Notes under the pieces: model-generated
What the model was told of the DNA's origin: nothing
The model's database searches: none
The model's input: the letters and a program-made list of their open reading frames with translations, nothing else
Made by a program: the position numbers and the translations under genes
Source: Candidatus Brocadiia bacterium
Lineage (GTDB): Bacteria; Planctomycetota; Brocadiia; CAIUPP01
DNA length: 64,000 nucleotides
Assembly (NCBI GenBank): GCA_050015075.1
Contig: JBEKCB010000001.1
Location: 64,001 to 128,000 of the forward strand
Direction: 5' to 3'
In this document: in pieces, positions 19,306-28,372 of the stretch
How positions within the stretch are numbered: position 1 is the first letter of the stretch
Layout: the number at the start of each line of letters is the position of its first letter

Positions 19306-19370
19306 AGAAAGTAAACTATCCGTGGTCAGCCGGCCGCTGAGCGCTGACCGCTTTCTGTCAGGAGGACGCC

Positions 19371-20438
19371 ATGCTTCCCATACTGCTGACATCGGTGACG
19401 CCCTACGTCGGAAAAAATGTCGTGGCGCTGGGAATCGCGGAGAAGTTCCGCCGCGAGGGGAAGTCCGTCGGCTTCTTCAAGCCGATCGGCCCGCTGCCGA
19501 CGGTGGTGGACGGCCGCATGGTGGACGAGGACGCGGTGTTCTTCCACAAAGTCCTGGGACTTTCCGAGCCGCTCGAGGCGATCTGCCCGCTGGTCCTGAC
19601 CGACCAGGCGCTGGCGAACGCGCTGCGCGGCGCGCAAGGCGACGCGCGCCAGCGGATCCTCTCGGCGTACAAGACCGTCTCGCAGGGCAAGGACATCGTG
19701 ATGTCCGTCAGCATGGGACGGCTTTCCTGCGGGCTGACCTACGGCTACTCGATGGACAAATTCGCCGCGGACATCAAGGCCAAGGTGATCGTGGTGGCGC
19801 GCTACAAGTGGCCCACCGAGACGCTCGACGGCATCCTGCACATGCGCACGCTGCTCCCGGACCAGTTCGTCGGCGTGGTGTTCAACCGCGTGCCCGCCTC
19901 GAAGGCCCAGCAGATCGCGCAGGCCGTGCAGCCGTTCCTGAAGGCGCAGGGAATTGACGTGCTCGGCTGCGCGCCGGACGACACCATCCTGAACGCCGTC
20001 CCGGTCTCGGAGCTGGTCGAAGGGCTCGACGGCAAGGTGCTCTGCGCGGGCGACAAGCTCAACCAGCTCGCCGAGCATTTCAGCATCGGCGCGATGAACG
20101 TGGACTCCGCGCTGCGGTTCTTCCGCCGCGTGCCCAACAAGGCCGTGATCACCGGCGGGGACCGCCCCGACATCCAGCTCGCGGCGCTTCAGACCTCGAC
20201 GCGCTGCCTGATCCTCACCGGCGACCTCTATCCGAACGAGCGCATTCTCACCCGCGCCGAGGAGATGGGCGTGCCGGTCATCCTCGTCGGCCAGGATACC
20301 TCCACCGTCGCGGCGATCTGCGAGCAACTCCGCGGCCACCTCAGCCTCCAGAGCGAGCAGAAGACCGCCCGCGCCATCGAGCTGATGGACGGCTGCATGA
20401 ACTGGGACCTGCTGCGCAAACGACTCGACATCAAGTAG
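19371..20438 (+). CDS. Phosphotransacetylase N-terminal-like protein (BioD-like P-loop + DRTGG domain)
   Basis: YVGKNVVALG, FFKPIG, VITGGDRPDIQLAAL..CLILTG; lacks the Pta catalytic domain. Confidence 0.88.
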   Translation: MLPILLTSVTPYVGKNVVALGIAEKFRREGKSVGFFKPIGPLPTVVDGRMVDEDAVFFHKVLGLSEPLEAICPLVLTDQALANALRGAQGDARQRILSAYKTVSQGKDIVMSVSMGRLSCGLTYGYSMDKFAADIKAKVIVVARYKWPTETLDGILHMRTLLPDQFVGVVFNRVPASKAQQIAQAVQPFLKAQGIDVLGCAPDDTILNAVPVSELVEGLDGKVLCAGDKLNQLAEHFSIGAMNVDSALRFFRRVPNKAVITGGDRPDIQLAALQTSTRCLILTGDLYPNERILTRAEEMGVPVILVGQDTSTVAAICEQLRGHLSLQSEQKTARAIELMDGCMNWDLLRKRLDIK

Positions 20439-20444
20439 CTTTTC

Positions 20445-20540
20445 AGTGCGGAGTGCAGGGTGAGGATTGCCGTACGTGGTGCTCGTCGTGTCGTCGTGGT
20501 GAGAATTACCATCGTGTCATCGTGGTGAGAACCGCCGCGG
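20445..20540. repeat. Composite repeat: GAGTGCG heptamers + two TCGTGTCRTCGTGGTGAGAA units
   Basis: Same family as 13091, 44673 and 48055. Confidence 0.7.
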
Positions 20541-20560
20541 TCGGCTGAGAGCTCATCATT

Positions 20561-23011
20561 ATGCGACGCCCGCTCGTCAGCGTTGCTTTCGCCCTGGCGG
20601 CGGGCGTCCTCGTTTCCGGCGCGCATTTCCTTTCTCCCCCGGCGGGCCTGGCGTTCGCGGCCGCTTGCGGCCTGGCCGCCCTGCTCCTCCTCTTCCTGCG
20701 CGCGCCGCCCCGCTGGATTTTCGCGGCGGCGCTGGCGGCTCTGGTCGCCGGCGGCGCAGCTTATGCCGGTTCGCGGTTCGCCGATGAGCGCGCGCCGCAG
20801 CTCTCCGCGCTCCTTTCGACCGGAACCCGGATCCTCCACGCGCGCGGCATCGTGTGCGATTGCCCGGTCGAGCGGACGGCGCCGCGCTACGCTGGAACCG
20901 CGCAGCCGCAGGTCCTCGCGCGGTTCACCCTCGAGCTGACGCAGCTCTCCGACGGCGAGCGCTGGACGCCGATCCGCGGCCGGCTGCGCACGATCGTCCG
21001 CGGCGCCGGCGGCGTGCAGTACGGCGACGAAATCGAGGCGACGCTCCGCGCCGGCCGGCTGTTGCCGCCCGGGAATCCCGGTGAGGAGGACGTGCGGCTG
21101 CTCATGGACCGCTCGGGCATCTGCGGCGTGGCCGAGGTACGCTCGCCGGAAGGCATCCGGCGGACGGGAGAAGCGCAGGGCCTGCCCGGCCTTCGGCAGG
21201 TTTTCGCGCTGAGGGAACGGTTGCTGGGGTTCCTCAAGGAGCGGATGCCCGGCGGCGACGGCCGGATCATCCGCTGCCTGGTCCTCGGCGACCAGGACGC
21301 GCCGACGCAGAATCAGCGGCGCGAGTTCCGCGAGACGGGCACGATGCACTTCCTGGCGATCAGCGGACTGCACGTCGCGCTGCTGGCGGCGTGCTGCTGG
21401 TGGACGCTCGGCGCGTTCGGCGTCGGGCTCCGCGCGACGTCCATCGTCGTGTTCCTGGTCGCGCTGACCTACGCGCTGCTGAGCGGCTTCGAGCATGGCG
21501 TGCAGCGCTCCGTCATCATGTGCGGCGTGTGGTGCGGCGCGTATCTGCTGACGCGGAAGATGGATTTCCCGTCCGGCATGGCGCTGGCGTTCATCCTGAT
21601 CCTGCTCATCCGGCCCGCCGACCTCTACAGCATCGGGCTGCAACTGTCGTTTGCGGCCGTCCTCGGCATGTGGCTCTTCACCCGGCCGCTGGAGTACGCC
21701 ATCTTCGGGCCGCCGAACGATCCGCTCACCAAGCTGGAGACGCTGGAAGGCCGGAATTGGCCGGATTTCTTCATGCAGTCAAGATTCAGGAGCATCGTCT
21801 GCGTCGTGCTGGTCGTGTGGCTGACGACGGCGCCGCTGATCGCGCAGCGCTTTGGAATGTTCACGCCGATCGCGCCGATCGCGAGCCTGCTGCTGTTTCC
21901 GCTGTTGCCGGTGGCGGTGGTCGCCGGCATGGCCGGCGCGCTCCTCGGGCTGTTCAGCGCATTCGCCGCCCAGCCGCTGCTGTGGCTGGCGGGCGGCTGC
22001 GCCCACGTGCTGGAATGGGCCTGCCGCGCGGCGGCGCGGCTGCCGGGGGTCTGCGTTTACCTTCCGCCGCCGGGCTGGGCGATGATCCTCCTGTGCGGCG
22101 CGGTCTTCACGGCGATGGCGTACCGCGCCCAACTCGGCTTGACGCGCCGGCGCGTTGCGGCGCTGATGCTCGTCCCGGCGTTCGCGTACCTGTGGTTCAT
22201 CTGGCCGCAGTCGTCCGTCCGCCACCTGCGTGTGGACGCGATCTCGGTCGGCCATGGCAACTGCATCCTCACGCGGTTCCCGGACGGGCGCAGTCTGCTC
22301 TTCGACGCCGGCAGCGCCGGCCGCGCCGACGACATCGCCGAGCGCGTGATTGTCCCGGCGCTCTGGTCGCTGGGCGTGCGGCGGCTGGACTTGCTGGTGC
22401 TGTCGCACGGCGACGCGGACCATTACAACGGCGCCGAGGAACTCGCGCGAAGGATGCACGTCGGCGGCGTGGCGGTGACGAATTATTTCGACTATTTCGA
22501 CAACCAGCCGGGGCCGAAACGGCTGATCGAGGACCTCTCGAGCGCGCGCGTCCCGGTGAGCCGCTTCAGCAAGGGAGACCGCGTCGCCGGCTTCGCCGAC
22601 GCGGAGATCGTCGCGCTCTGGCCGCCGCCGAGCGTCCCAAAATTGAAGTGGACCGCCAACGAACTCTGCGCCGTGGTCCGCGTTCGGACGCCGGAAGGAG
22701 TCGTTCTCCTGACCGGCGATTTCGGGCACGGCGCGGCGGGCCCGCTCATCCGGCAGAACCCGGACCTGGGCGCGGACGTGCTCCAGGTTCCGCATCACGG
22801 GCGCGCCGACCCGGACGCGGCGCAACTGGCCGAGGCGGTTCGCCCGGCGGTGGCGATCATCCCCGGCGGACGCGACGCCCAGGCGGCGCCCTTCTACGCC
22901 CGAACGTCGAAGAATTTGCTTGCGACCGACGATTGCGGCATGATCAGTGTTGAGCTGAACGGCGGCGAGCCGCGCATCGCGACGTACCGCAATCGGAGAT
23001 TGGGAGATTAG
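20561..23011 (+). CDS. comEC: ComEC/Rec2 DNA uptake channel
   Basis: [10 protein letters not shown] competence domain, GLQLSFAAV, metallo-beta-lactamase SHGDADH, LLTGD, VPHHG. Confidence 0.93.
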   Translation: MRRPLVSVAFALAAGVLVSGAHFLSPPAGLAFAAACGLAALLLLFLRAPPRWIFAAALAALVAGGAAYAGSRFADERAPQLSALLSTGTRILHARGIVCDCPVERTAPRYAGTAQPQVLARFTLELTQLSDGERWTPIRGRLRTIVRGAGGVQYGDEIEATLRAGRLLPPGNPGEEDVRLLMDRSGICGVAEVRSPEGIRRTGEAQGLPGLRQVFALRERLLGFLKERMPGGDGRIIRCLVLGDQDAPTQNQRREFRETGTMHFLAISGLHVALLAACCWWTLGAFGVGLRATSIVVFLVALTYALLSGFEHGVQRSVIMCGVWCGAYLLTRKMDFPSGMALAFILILLIRPADLYSIGLQLSFAAVLGMWLFTRPLEYAIFGPPNDPLTKLETLEGRNWPDFFMQSRFRSIVCVVLVVWLTTAPLIAQRFGMFTPIAPIASLLLFPLLPVAVVAGMAGALLGLFSAFAAQPLLWLAGGCAHVLEWACRAAARLPGVCVYLPPPGWAMILLCGAVFTAMAYRAQLGLTRRRVAALMLVPAFAYLWFIWPQSSVRHLRVDAISVGHGNCILTRFPDGRSLLFDAGSAGRADDIAERVIVPALWSLGVRRLDLLVLSHGDADHYNGAEELARRMHVGGVAVTNYFDYFDNQPGPKRLIEDLSSARVPVSRFSKGDRVAGFADAEIVALWPPPSVPKLKWTANELCAVVRVRTPEGVVLLTGDFGHGAAGPLIRQNPDLGADVLQVPHHGRADPDAAQLAEAVRPAVAIIPGGRDAQAAPFYARTSKNLLATDDCGMISVELNGGEPRIATYRNRRLGD

Positions 23012-23025
23012 GAAATTGGGAGATT
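22995..23025. repeat. Octamer tandem repeat (GGGAGATT-like x4) overlapping the comEC stop
   Basis: GGAGATT GGGAGATT AGGAAATT GGGAGATT; same unit as 38699. Confidence 0.65.
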
Positions 23026-23031
23026 ATCAAT

Positions 23032-23565
23032 ATGGAAAACCGAATGGAGGCGATTCAGGGCGACATCACCAAGATGAAGGTGGATGCGATCGTCAACGCC
23101 GCGAACTCGTCGCTCCTGGGCGGCGGCGGCGTGGACGGGGCGATCCACCGCGCCGCCGGGCCGGAGCTGGTGGCCGAGTGCGCCACGCTCGGCGGCTGCG
23201 CGACCGGCGAGGCGAAGATCACGCGCGGCTATAATCTCCCCGCAAAACATGTCATCCATACCGTCGGCCCGGTCTGGCACGGCGGCACGCACGACCCTTC
23301 GACAAGCTCAGGGACTTTCGTGGAGGAGAAACTCCTCGCGGACTGCTACCGCAATTCCCTGCGCATCGCCGCGGAGCGCGGGCTGAAGACGGTGGCCTTT
23401 CCAGCGATCAGCACGGGGGTCTATCGCTTCCCGCCCGAACGCGCCTGCCGGATCGCCGTGGACACCGTGCGCGAATTCCTCGCCGGGCATCCGGCCATCG
23501 AGAAGGTCTCCTTCGTCTGCTTTGACACCCTAACATTCGGGCTGTATAAGAAAGCGATTGCGTGA
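23032..23565 (+). CDS. Macro-domain O-acetyl-ADP-ribose deacetylase (YmdB-like)
   Basis: [42 protein letters not shown]. Confidence 0.95.
   Translation: MENRMEAIQGDITKMKVDAIVNAANSSLLGGGGVDGAIHRAAGPELVAECATLGGCATGEAKITRGYNLPAKHVIHTVGPVWHGGTHDPSTSSGTFVEEKLLADCYRNSLRIAAERGLKTVAFPAISTGVYRFPPERACRIAVDTVREFLAGHPAIEKVSFVCFDTLTFGLYKKAIA
23293..23315. repeat. REP-like imperfect palindrome inside the macro-domain gene
   Basis: GACCCTTCGACAAGCTCAGGGAC, translated in frame as DPSTSSGT. Confidence 0.6.
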
Positions 23566-23570
23566 CGATA
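23517..23570 (+). repeat. 54-bp direct repeat, copy 1 (3' end of macro-domain gene)
   Basis: 49/54 identical to 26425-26478. Confidence 0.9.
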
Positions 23571-23602
23571 TCATTGTGGCCAGCGCGGGAAATTGTCCTC
23601 CG

Positions 23603-24394
23603 ATGATGCCAGCGGCCCAAAACGCGCCTGCGCCCGGCAAAGCTCATACGGTCTTCCTCTCCGTCATCATCCCGGCGCACAATGAAGCGAGGCGCCTTCC
23701 TCCGACGATCGCGGCGATCCTGGATTTCCTGCACGCCCAGCCCTACAGTTCCGAAGTGGTGGTCGTCGAGAACGGCAGCCGTGACGACACGTTCGCCCTC
23801 GCGCAGGCGATGGCGCGGCAGGAACCCACCTTGCGGGTCCTCAGGGAAAAGGAGCGGGGAAAGGGGCTCGCCGTCCGGCGGGGAATGCTGGAAGCGTGGG
23901 GCGAGTATCGCCTCTTCTGCGACGCCGACTTGTCGGTGCCGGTCAGCGAGATCAACCGATTCCTCCCGCCTCTGCTGACCGATTTCGACGTCGCGATCGC
24001 CAGCCGGGAAATGCCGGGGTCGGTCCGCATTGCGGAGCCGGCCTGGCGCCACCTCGTCGGCCGGGCGTTCAACGCGATGATCCGCGCGATGGTCCTGCCC
24101 GGATTTCAGGATACGCAGTGCGGATTCAAGTGCTTCCGCGCAGGTCCGGCGCAGGACATTTTTCTCCGGCAACGGCTTTCGGGCATGGCGTTCGACGCGG
24201 AAGTGATCTACATCGCCCTTCGCCGAGGCTGCCGGATCAAGGAAGTGCCGACGCCCTGGCGCTTCAATCCGGACTCGCGTGTCAGGCTGGTGAGGGACTC
24301 GATAGAGATGGGCTGCGACCTGGTGAGGATTCGCATGAACGACCGGCGCGGATTATATGACCGAGAGTCGCGTGACGAAACAGCGCGCGGATAA
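23603..24394 (+). CDS. GT2 polyprenyl-phosphate glycosyltransferase (dolichyl-phosphate beta-glucosyltransferase-like)
   Basis: SVIIPAHNE, VVENGSRDDT, GKGLAVRRG, CDADL, DTQCGFK. Start uncertain (23558 or 23603). Confidence 0.9.
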   Translation: MMPAAQNAPAPGKAHTVFLSVIIPAHNEARRLPPTIAAILDFLHAQPYSSEVVVVENGSRDDTFALAQAMARQEPTLRVLREKERGKGLAVRRGMLEAWGEYRLFCDADLSVPVSEINRFLPPLLTDFDVAIASREMPGSVRIAEPAWRHLVGRAFNAMIRAMVLPGFQDTQCGFKCFRAGPAQDIFLRQRLSGMAFDAEVIYIALRRGCRIKEVPTPWRFNPDSRVRLVRDSIEMGCDLVRIRMNDRRGLYDRESRDETARG

Positions 24395-26441
24395 ACTCCA
24401 CGATACGGCGCGCGGGCCTTCCCGGACGGCCCGGATGCTCACGGGCTATCCGATGGTGGCGGCGCTGCTGGCGATCCATTTCGTCCTGGCCGTCACCAGC
24501 GTCATGGACAAGTGCGCCACCTCGGACGAGATGGCTCACCTGCCCGCCGGCTACTGCTATTGGATTCACAACGACTACCGCCTGAATCCGGAGAACGGCA
24601 ATCTTCCCCAGCGGTGGTGCGCCCTTCCGCTTCTTCTCGGCCGGTATGCTTTCCCGGCGGACACATCGCGGTTCTGGACCTCCTCGAACGTCTGGCCGAT
24701 CGGGCACCAGTTCTTCTACCTGATGGGCAACGATGTCCAGGCGATGCTGCTGAAGGGGCGGGCCTTTACGGCGCTCCTGAGCGTGGCGCTGGGGCTGATC
24801 GTTTACTTCTGGTCGCGGCGCCTCTTCGGGCCGACCGGAGGGATGATTTCCCTCGCCCTGTACGTTTTCAACCCGACGATGCTCGCCAACGGGAGCCTGG
24901 TCACTTCCGACATGGCGGCCGCGCTTTTCTTCACCGCCAGCCTGTGGGCCGTGAGCATCATGGTGAACAAAGTCACCGCCGCGACGGTGCTGGCGAGCGC
25001 CCTCGCGATGGCGGGGCTCTTCCTCTCGAAGTTTTCGGCGGTTCTCATCATCCCCGTCGCCGTCGTGCTGATGGGGCTTCAGCTCTTTTCCAGAGAGTCC
25101 GTGCCGGCCGGCTTCCTGCGGCCGGTTGAAGTGAAAACGATCCGGCGTCGCGCGGCGATTTTTGCGGGGACGATCCTGGTCCACGCCGTCATCATCGTCG
25201 CCGTGATCTGGGCCTTCTTCGGATTCCGCTATTCCGCGTTCAGGACCCCCGACCCTCTCAACGAGCTTTATCCGCCCTGGATCAAGGTGGCGGACGTGCC
25301 AGGGCTTGTCCCAAGGACTATTCATTTCTTCAACAGCCGCAAACTGCTGCCGGAGGCGTATCTGTTCGGTTTTGCGAACGTCTATCGGGGCTCGCTGATC
25401 CGCCGGGCGTTCCTCAACGGCGAGTATAGTCTGACAGGATGGCGCTCGTTCTTCCCGTACACATTCCTGGTCAAGACGCCTTTGGTCGTCTTCCTCGTCT
25501 TGGCGCTGGCGTTGGCCGCAGCAGTCCGAAAGACGAAGCTTGCGCGGAAAGAGGCCCGGCAGGCCGCGTGGGCGGCTCTCGCGCCCGCGCTCTATCGCAC
25601 CGCGCCGCTGTGGGTATTGCTCGTGGTCTACTGGGCTACGGCGATCTTCAGCCACATCAACATCGGCCACCGTCACATCATGCCGGTGTACCCGCCGCTG
25701 TTCATCCTGGCCGGCGCTGCGGCGCACTGGGTCACAGCGCGGGAGCGGCTTCTCTGCGCGGCGCTCGTCGGCGCCCTGTTGATCGGCGCGGCGGAATGCG
25801 CGCTGGCCTGGCCGGATTACATTCCCTATTTCAACGCGGTCGCGGGCGGATCGAAGAACGGCTATCGTCACCTGGTGGACAGTTCCCTGGACTGGGGGCA
25901 GGACCTGCCGGGCCTGAAGGAGTGGCTCGCCCGGCAGCATCTCGACGGCAACGCAGAGATGCCCGTGTATTTCGCCTATTTCGGCAACGGCAACCCGCGC
26001 TATTATCACATCCCCGGCAAACAGCTTCCCGGGTTCCCTGACATGGAACGAGATACCACGATAGGGCCGCTCACCGGCGGCATTTACTGCATCAGCGCCA
26101 CCGTGCTGCAGCAAGTGCTCTCCGACGCGCCCGGCCGCTGGACGGCTGAATATGAGGAGGCCTATCAGCAGCGCCTGCGGGACTTCGCCAGCATCGTGAA
26201 GGTGAAGGATGATCCGGTCGCCCTGCGAATCCTGATGGCCCGGGGAGGAGAAAAGGACTGGAACACGCGTCTGAGCGCGTTCGATACCCTGCGCATGGCC
26301 CGCCTCTGCGCTTTCCTGCGGCAGCGCGAGCCGGACGACGAGGTGCATTACTCGATCCTGATCTACCGCCTCACAGACGAGGATGCCCGAAAGGTGGTCT
26401 ATGGCCCGCCTCCGGAACTTGCGCCTGCTTTGACACCTTAA
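24357..26441 (+). CDS. Polytopic GT-C glycosyltransferase (GT39/ArnT-like)
   Basis: ATSDEMAHL, LVTSD, LSKFSA, NIGHRH, DSSLDWGQDL; multiple TMs. Confidence 0.8.
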   Translation: MTESRVTKQRADKLHDTARGPSRTARMLTGYPMVAALLAIHFVLAVTSVMDKCATSDEMAHLPAGYCYWIHNDYRLNPENGNLPQRWCALPLLLGRYAFPADTSRFWTSSNVWPIGHQFFYLMGNDVQAMLLKGRAFTALLSVALGLIVYFWSRRLFGPTGGMISLALYVFNPTMLANGSLVTSDMAAALFFTASLWAVSIMVNKVTAATVLASALAMAGLFLSKFSAVLIIPVAVVLMGLQLFSRESVPAGFLRPVEVKTIRRRAAIFAGTILVHAVIIVAVIWAFFGFRYSAFRTPDPLNELYPPWIKVADVPGLVPRTIHFFNSRKLLPEAYLFGFANVYRGSLIRRAFLNGEYSLTGWRSFFPYTFLVKTPLVVFLVLALALAAAVRKTKLARKEARQAAWAALAPALYRTAPLWVLLVVYWATAIFSHINIGHRHIMPVYPPLFILAGAAAHWVTARERLLCAALVGALLIGAAECALAWPDYIPYFNAVAGGSKNGYRHLVDSSLDWGQDLPGLKEWLARQHLDGNAEMPVYFAYFGNGNPRYYHIPGKQLPGFPDMERDTTIGPLTGGIYCISATVLQQVLSDAPGRWTAEYEEAYQQRLRDFASIVKVKDDPVALRILMARGGEKDWNTRLSAFDTLRMARLCAFLRQREPDDEVHYSILIYRLTDEDARKVVYGPPPELAPALTP

Positions 26442-26478
26442 CGTTCGGGCTGTATAAGAAAGTGATCGCGTGCCGATA
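26425..26478 (+). repeat. 54-bp direct repeat, copy 2
   Basis: 49/54 identical to 23517-23570. Confidence 0.9.
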
Positions 26479-26500
26479 ATATGGTGAGGAGGATCGCCTC

Positions 26501-27196
26501 ATGCCCACGGCAGGCAAACCGCCGTACATCGAGAAGGCCGAGGAACGCGGCAAGTTCCAGGTGTGGGTCGTGGACGGCAGCTACATCCGCACCCACCAAG
26601 ACGAGGAATTCACCAACTTCGGCCAGCATTACCGCTACCCGTACATCCCCGTGGACGAATTCTGGATTGACCGGGAGGCCGGGTCGGGCGAGCTGAAGTT
26701 CTTCGTCGAGCACCTGTTGGTCGAGTATCGCCTCATGGCGCGGGGCATGCCGTACGAAAAGGCCCTCGTAGTGGCCGACCGGGCGGAGCGGAAGGAGCGC
26801 CGCCTGGCCGGCGACCTCAAACGCCTCACCGCCAACGGACACAAGCTGCCCGACGGCCACGACGTCCATAAGCGCCTATGGAAGCAACTCGAGAGCAGCG
26901 TCAGCGTCTGGATCGTCAGCGGCCGGCTGGTCCGCAGCGTGTTCGACATCGACTTCACCGCCGGCGGGCACGAGTTCGTGTACGAATTCGTCCCGAGCAA
27001 CGAGGTCTGGATTGACGACGACATCGAGGAGCAGGAGCGCGGCTACGTGCTCGTGCACGAGCTTCACGAGCGCAACCGCATGTCCCAGGGCATGCCCTAC
27101 AGCAAGGCGCACGCCGAATCGAGCCGCATCGAATACCACTGCCGCCAGCACCCCGACGAACTGCACGACGCGCTCGCGGCGGAAGGATGGGCGTAG
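26501..27196 (+). CDS. Hypothetical protein with two tandem homologous domains, the second with HExxE...AH (putative metal site)
   Basis: GAGGAGG RBS; VWxVxG..IR...F...P..E.WID...H..xE...M..GMPY.KA occurs twice. Confidence 0.8.
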   Translation: MPTAGKPPYIEKAEERGKFQVWVVDGSYIRTHQDEEFTNFGQHYRYPYIPVDEFWIDREAGSGELKFFVEHLLVEYRLMARGMPYEKALVVADRAERKERRLAGDLKRLTANGHKLPDGHDVHKRLWKQLESSVSVWIVSGRLVRSVFDIDFTAGGHEFVYEFVPSNEVWIDDDIEEQERGYVLVHELHERNRMSQGMPYSKAHAESSRIEYHCRQHPDELHDALAAEGWA

Positions 27197-27197
27197 C

Positions 27198-27232
27198 GAG
27201 TGCGGAGTGCGAAGTGTAGAGGGTGGAGTGGA
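27198..27232. repeat. Heptamer tandem repeat (GAGTGCG-like x5)
   Basis: GAGTGCG GAGTGCG AAGTGTA GAGGGTG GAGTGGA. Confidence 0.6.
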
Positions 27233-27303
27233 ACGGCGGCGGTTGAGTCATTAATCCGACATCGGCCTGCGTGATGGAGCATCACTTCAAAAAAGGGGCT
27301 GAG

Positions 27304-27771
27304 ATGAACGAGAGATTTCGGGAATGTGTGGAGGGATTGGACGCAAGCTACCGCCGGTTGATTGAGATGAGGCCGGCCAAGGTTTGCAACCTTCCCGATG
27401 ATGTGCCACAGCATGGGGTCTACCTTTTCTCAGAAAACGGCAAACACCTATACGTTGGAAGGTCCAAGAATATCCGTAACCGATTGCAAGTGCACTGCCG
27501 ACCCAGTTCTCGTCACAATGCCGCCACTTTTGCATTTCTACTTGCCTCGAAAGAGACAGGGCGTCCAGCAGTGACCTACAAGACAAAAGGCGGACGCAAA
27601 GAGCTTGAGGGGACAGAGCCATTTAAGAGCGCATTCGTGAAGGCCAAGGAAAAAGTCCGGCAGATGGATGTGCGGTTTATTGAAGAACCGGACTCCGTAA
27701 AGCAAGCTCTTCTAGAAATCTACATCGCCGTCTCACTGAATACCCCCTTCAACGACTTCAAGACGACCTAG
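27304..27771 (+). CDS. GIY-YIG nuclease family protein
   Basis: GVYLF..LYVGRSKNIRNRL..H..ALLE..FN; visibly lower GC. Confidence 0.82.
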   Translation: MNERFRECVEGLDASYRRLIEMRPAKVCNLPDDVPQHGVYLFSENGKHLYVGRSKNIRNRLQVHCRPSSRHNAATFAFLLASKETGRPAVTYKTKGGRKELEGTEPFKSAFVKAKEKVRQMDVRFIEEPDSVKQALLEIYIAVSLNTPFNDFKTT

Positions 27772-27791
27772 GACGGCGCGCTGGCTCGTTC

Positions 27792-28013
27792 TCACGCGGA
27801 GACGACCTCGACGGACAATACTTCCTTGACAGGATGCTTGCCAGCAATCATCTTGTCTATCCGATCGAGCGTGCTGGCGTGGAAATACCTTTCCCCGCAC
27901 TCTGCGCAGACCTCGGCCTCGACGTTTTCGACGATGTACAACTTGCCATTGAGCCAATGCTGCTTCTTGACCTTCCGGTGGGTCGTCTCACCCTCGCAGA
28001 ATTGACACTTCAT
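27792..28013 (-). CDS. YgiT-type zinc finger protein (MqsA-N-like putative antitoxin)
   Basis: MKCQFCEG...VENVEAEVCAECGERYF. Confidence 0.88.
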   Translation of the reverse strand: MKCQFCEGETTHRKVKKQHWLNGKLYIVENVEAEVCAECGERYFHASTLDRIDKMIAGKHPVKEVLSVEVVSA

Positions 28014-28018
28014 CTCAA

Positions 28019-28294
28019 TTACTCTTTCTCGTAAACCGTAATGATGATCAATGGCCCGGTTTCGCTGAAGCGACATAGTGCATGCAGGAGCCTGCCGTTA
28101 TTCGCCGGACCTTCCACTCGATATCTCGCCCCCCTCGGATCGCGGGTCAGCTTCTTCTCCACGACTCCTTTAAGTATAGCATACTCAACGTCTGAACGCT
28201 CGAAACCGTCGTCAGCCATCTCCTCCTCAGCATGTGAGGACAGGTAATAATCCCGCGTGCGAATCTTCGCACGTATCCTCTCGATAGCCGACAT
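28019..28294 (-). CDS. DUF4258-family putative toxin
   Basis: YYLSSHAEEEMADDG...IIITVY; directly upstream of the YgiT zinc finger gene. Confidence 0.85.
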   Translation of the reverse strand: MSAIERIRAKIRTRDYYLSSHAEEEMADDGFERSDVEYAILKGVVEKKLTRDPRGARYRVEGPANNGRLLHALCRFSETGPLIIITVYEKE

Positions 28295-28372
28295 TGTTGG
28301 GCCTCTGCCTTACACTGCCGCAACCTGCTCGTGAGATGCCTTTTACGCCTTTGCTCCGGAGAAAGCTACAGG

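Noticed and set aside
23524-23570. Integron attC site (CCCTAAC...) at the cassette boundary
   Set aside because: No complementary GTTRRRY end downstream, no integrase, and the sequence encodes the normal macro-domain C-terminus.
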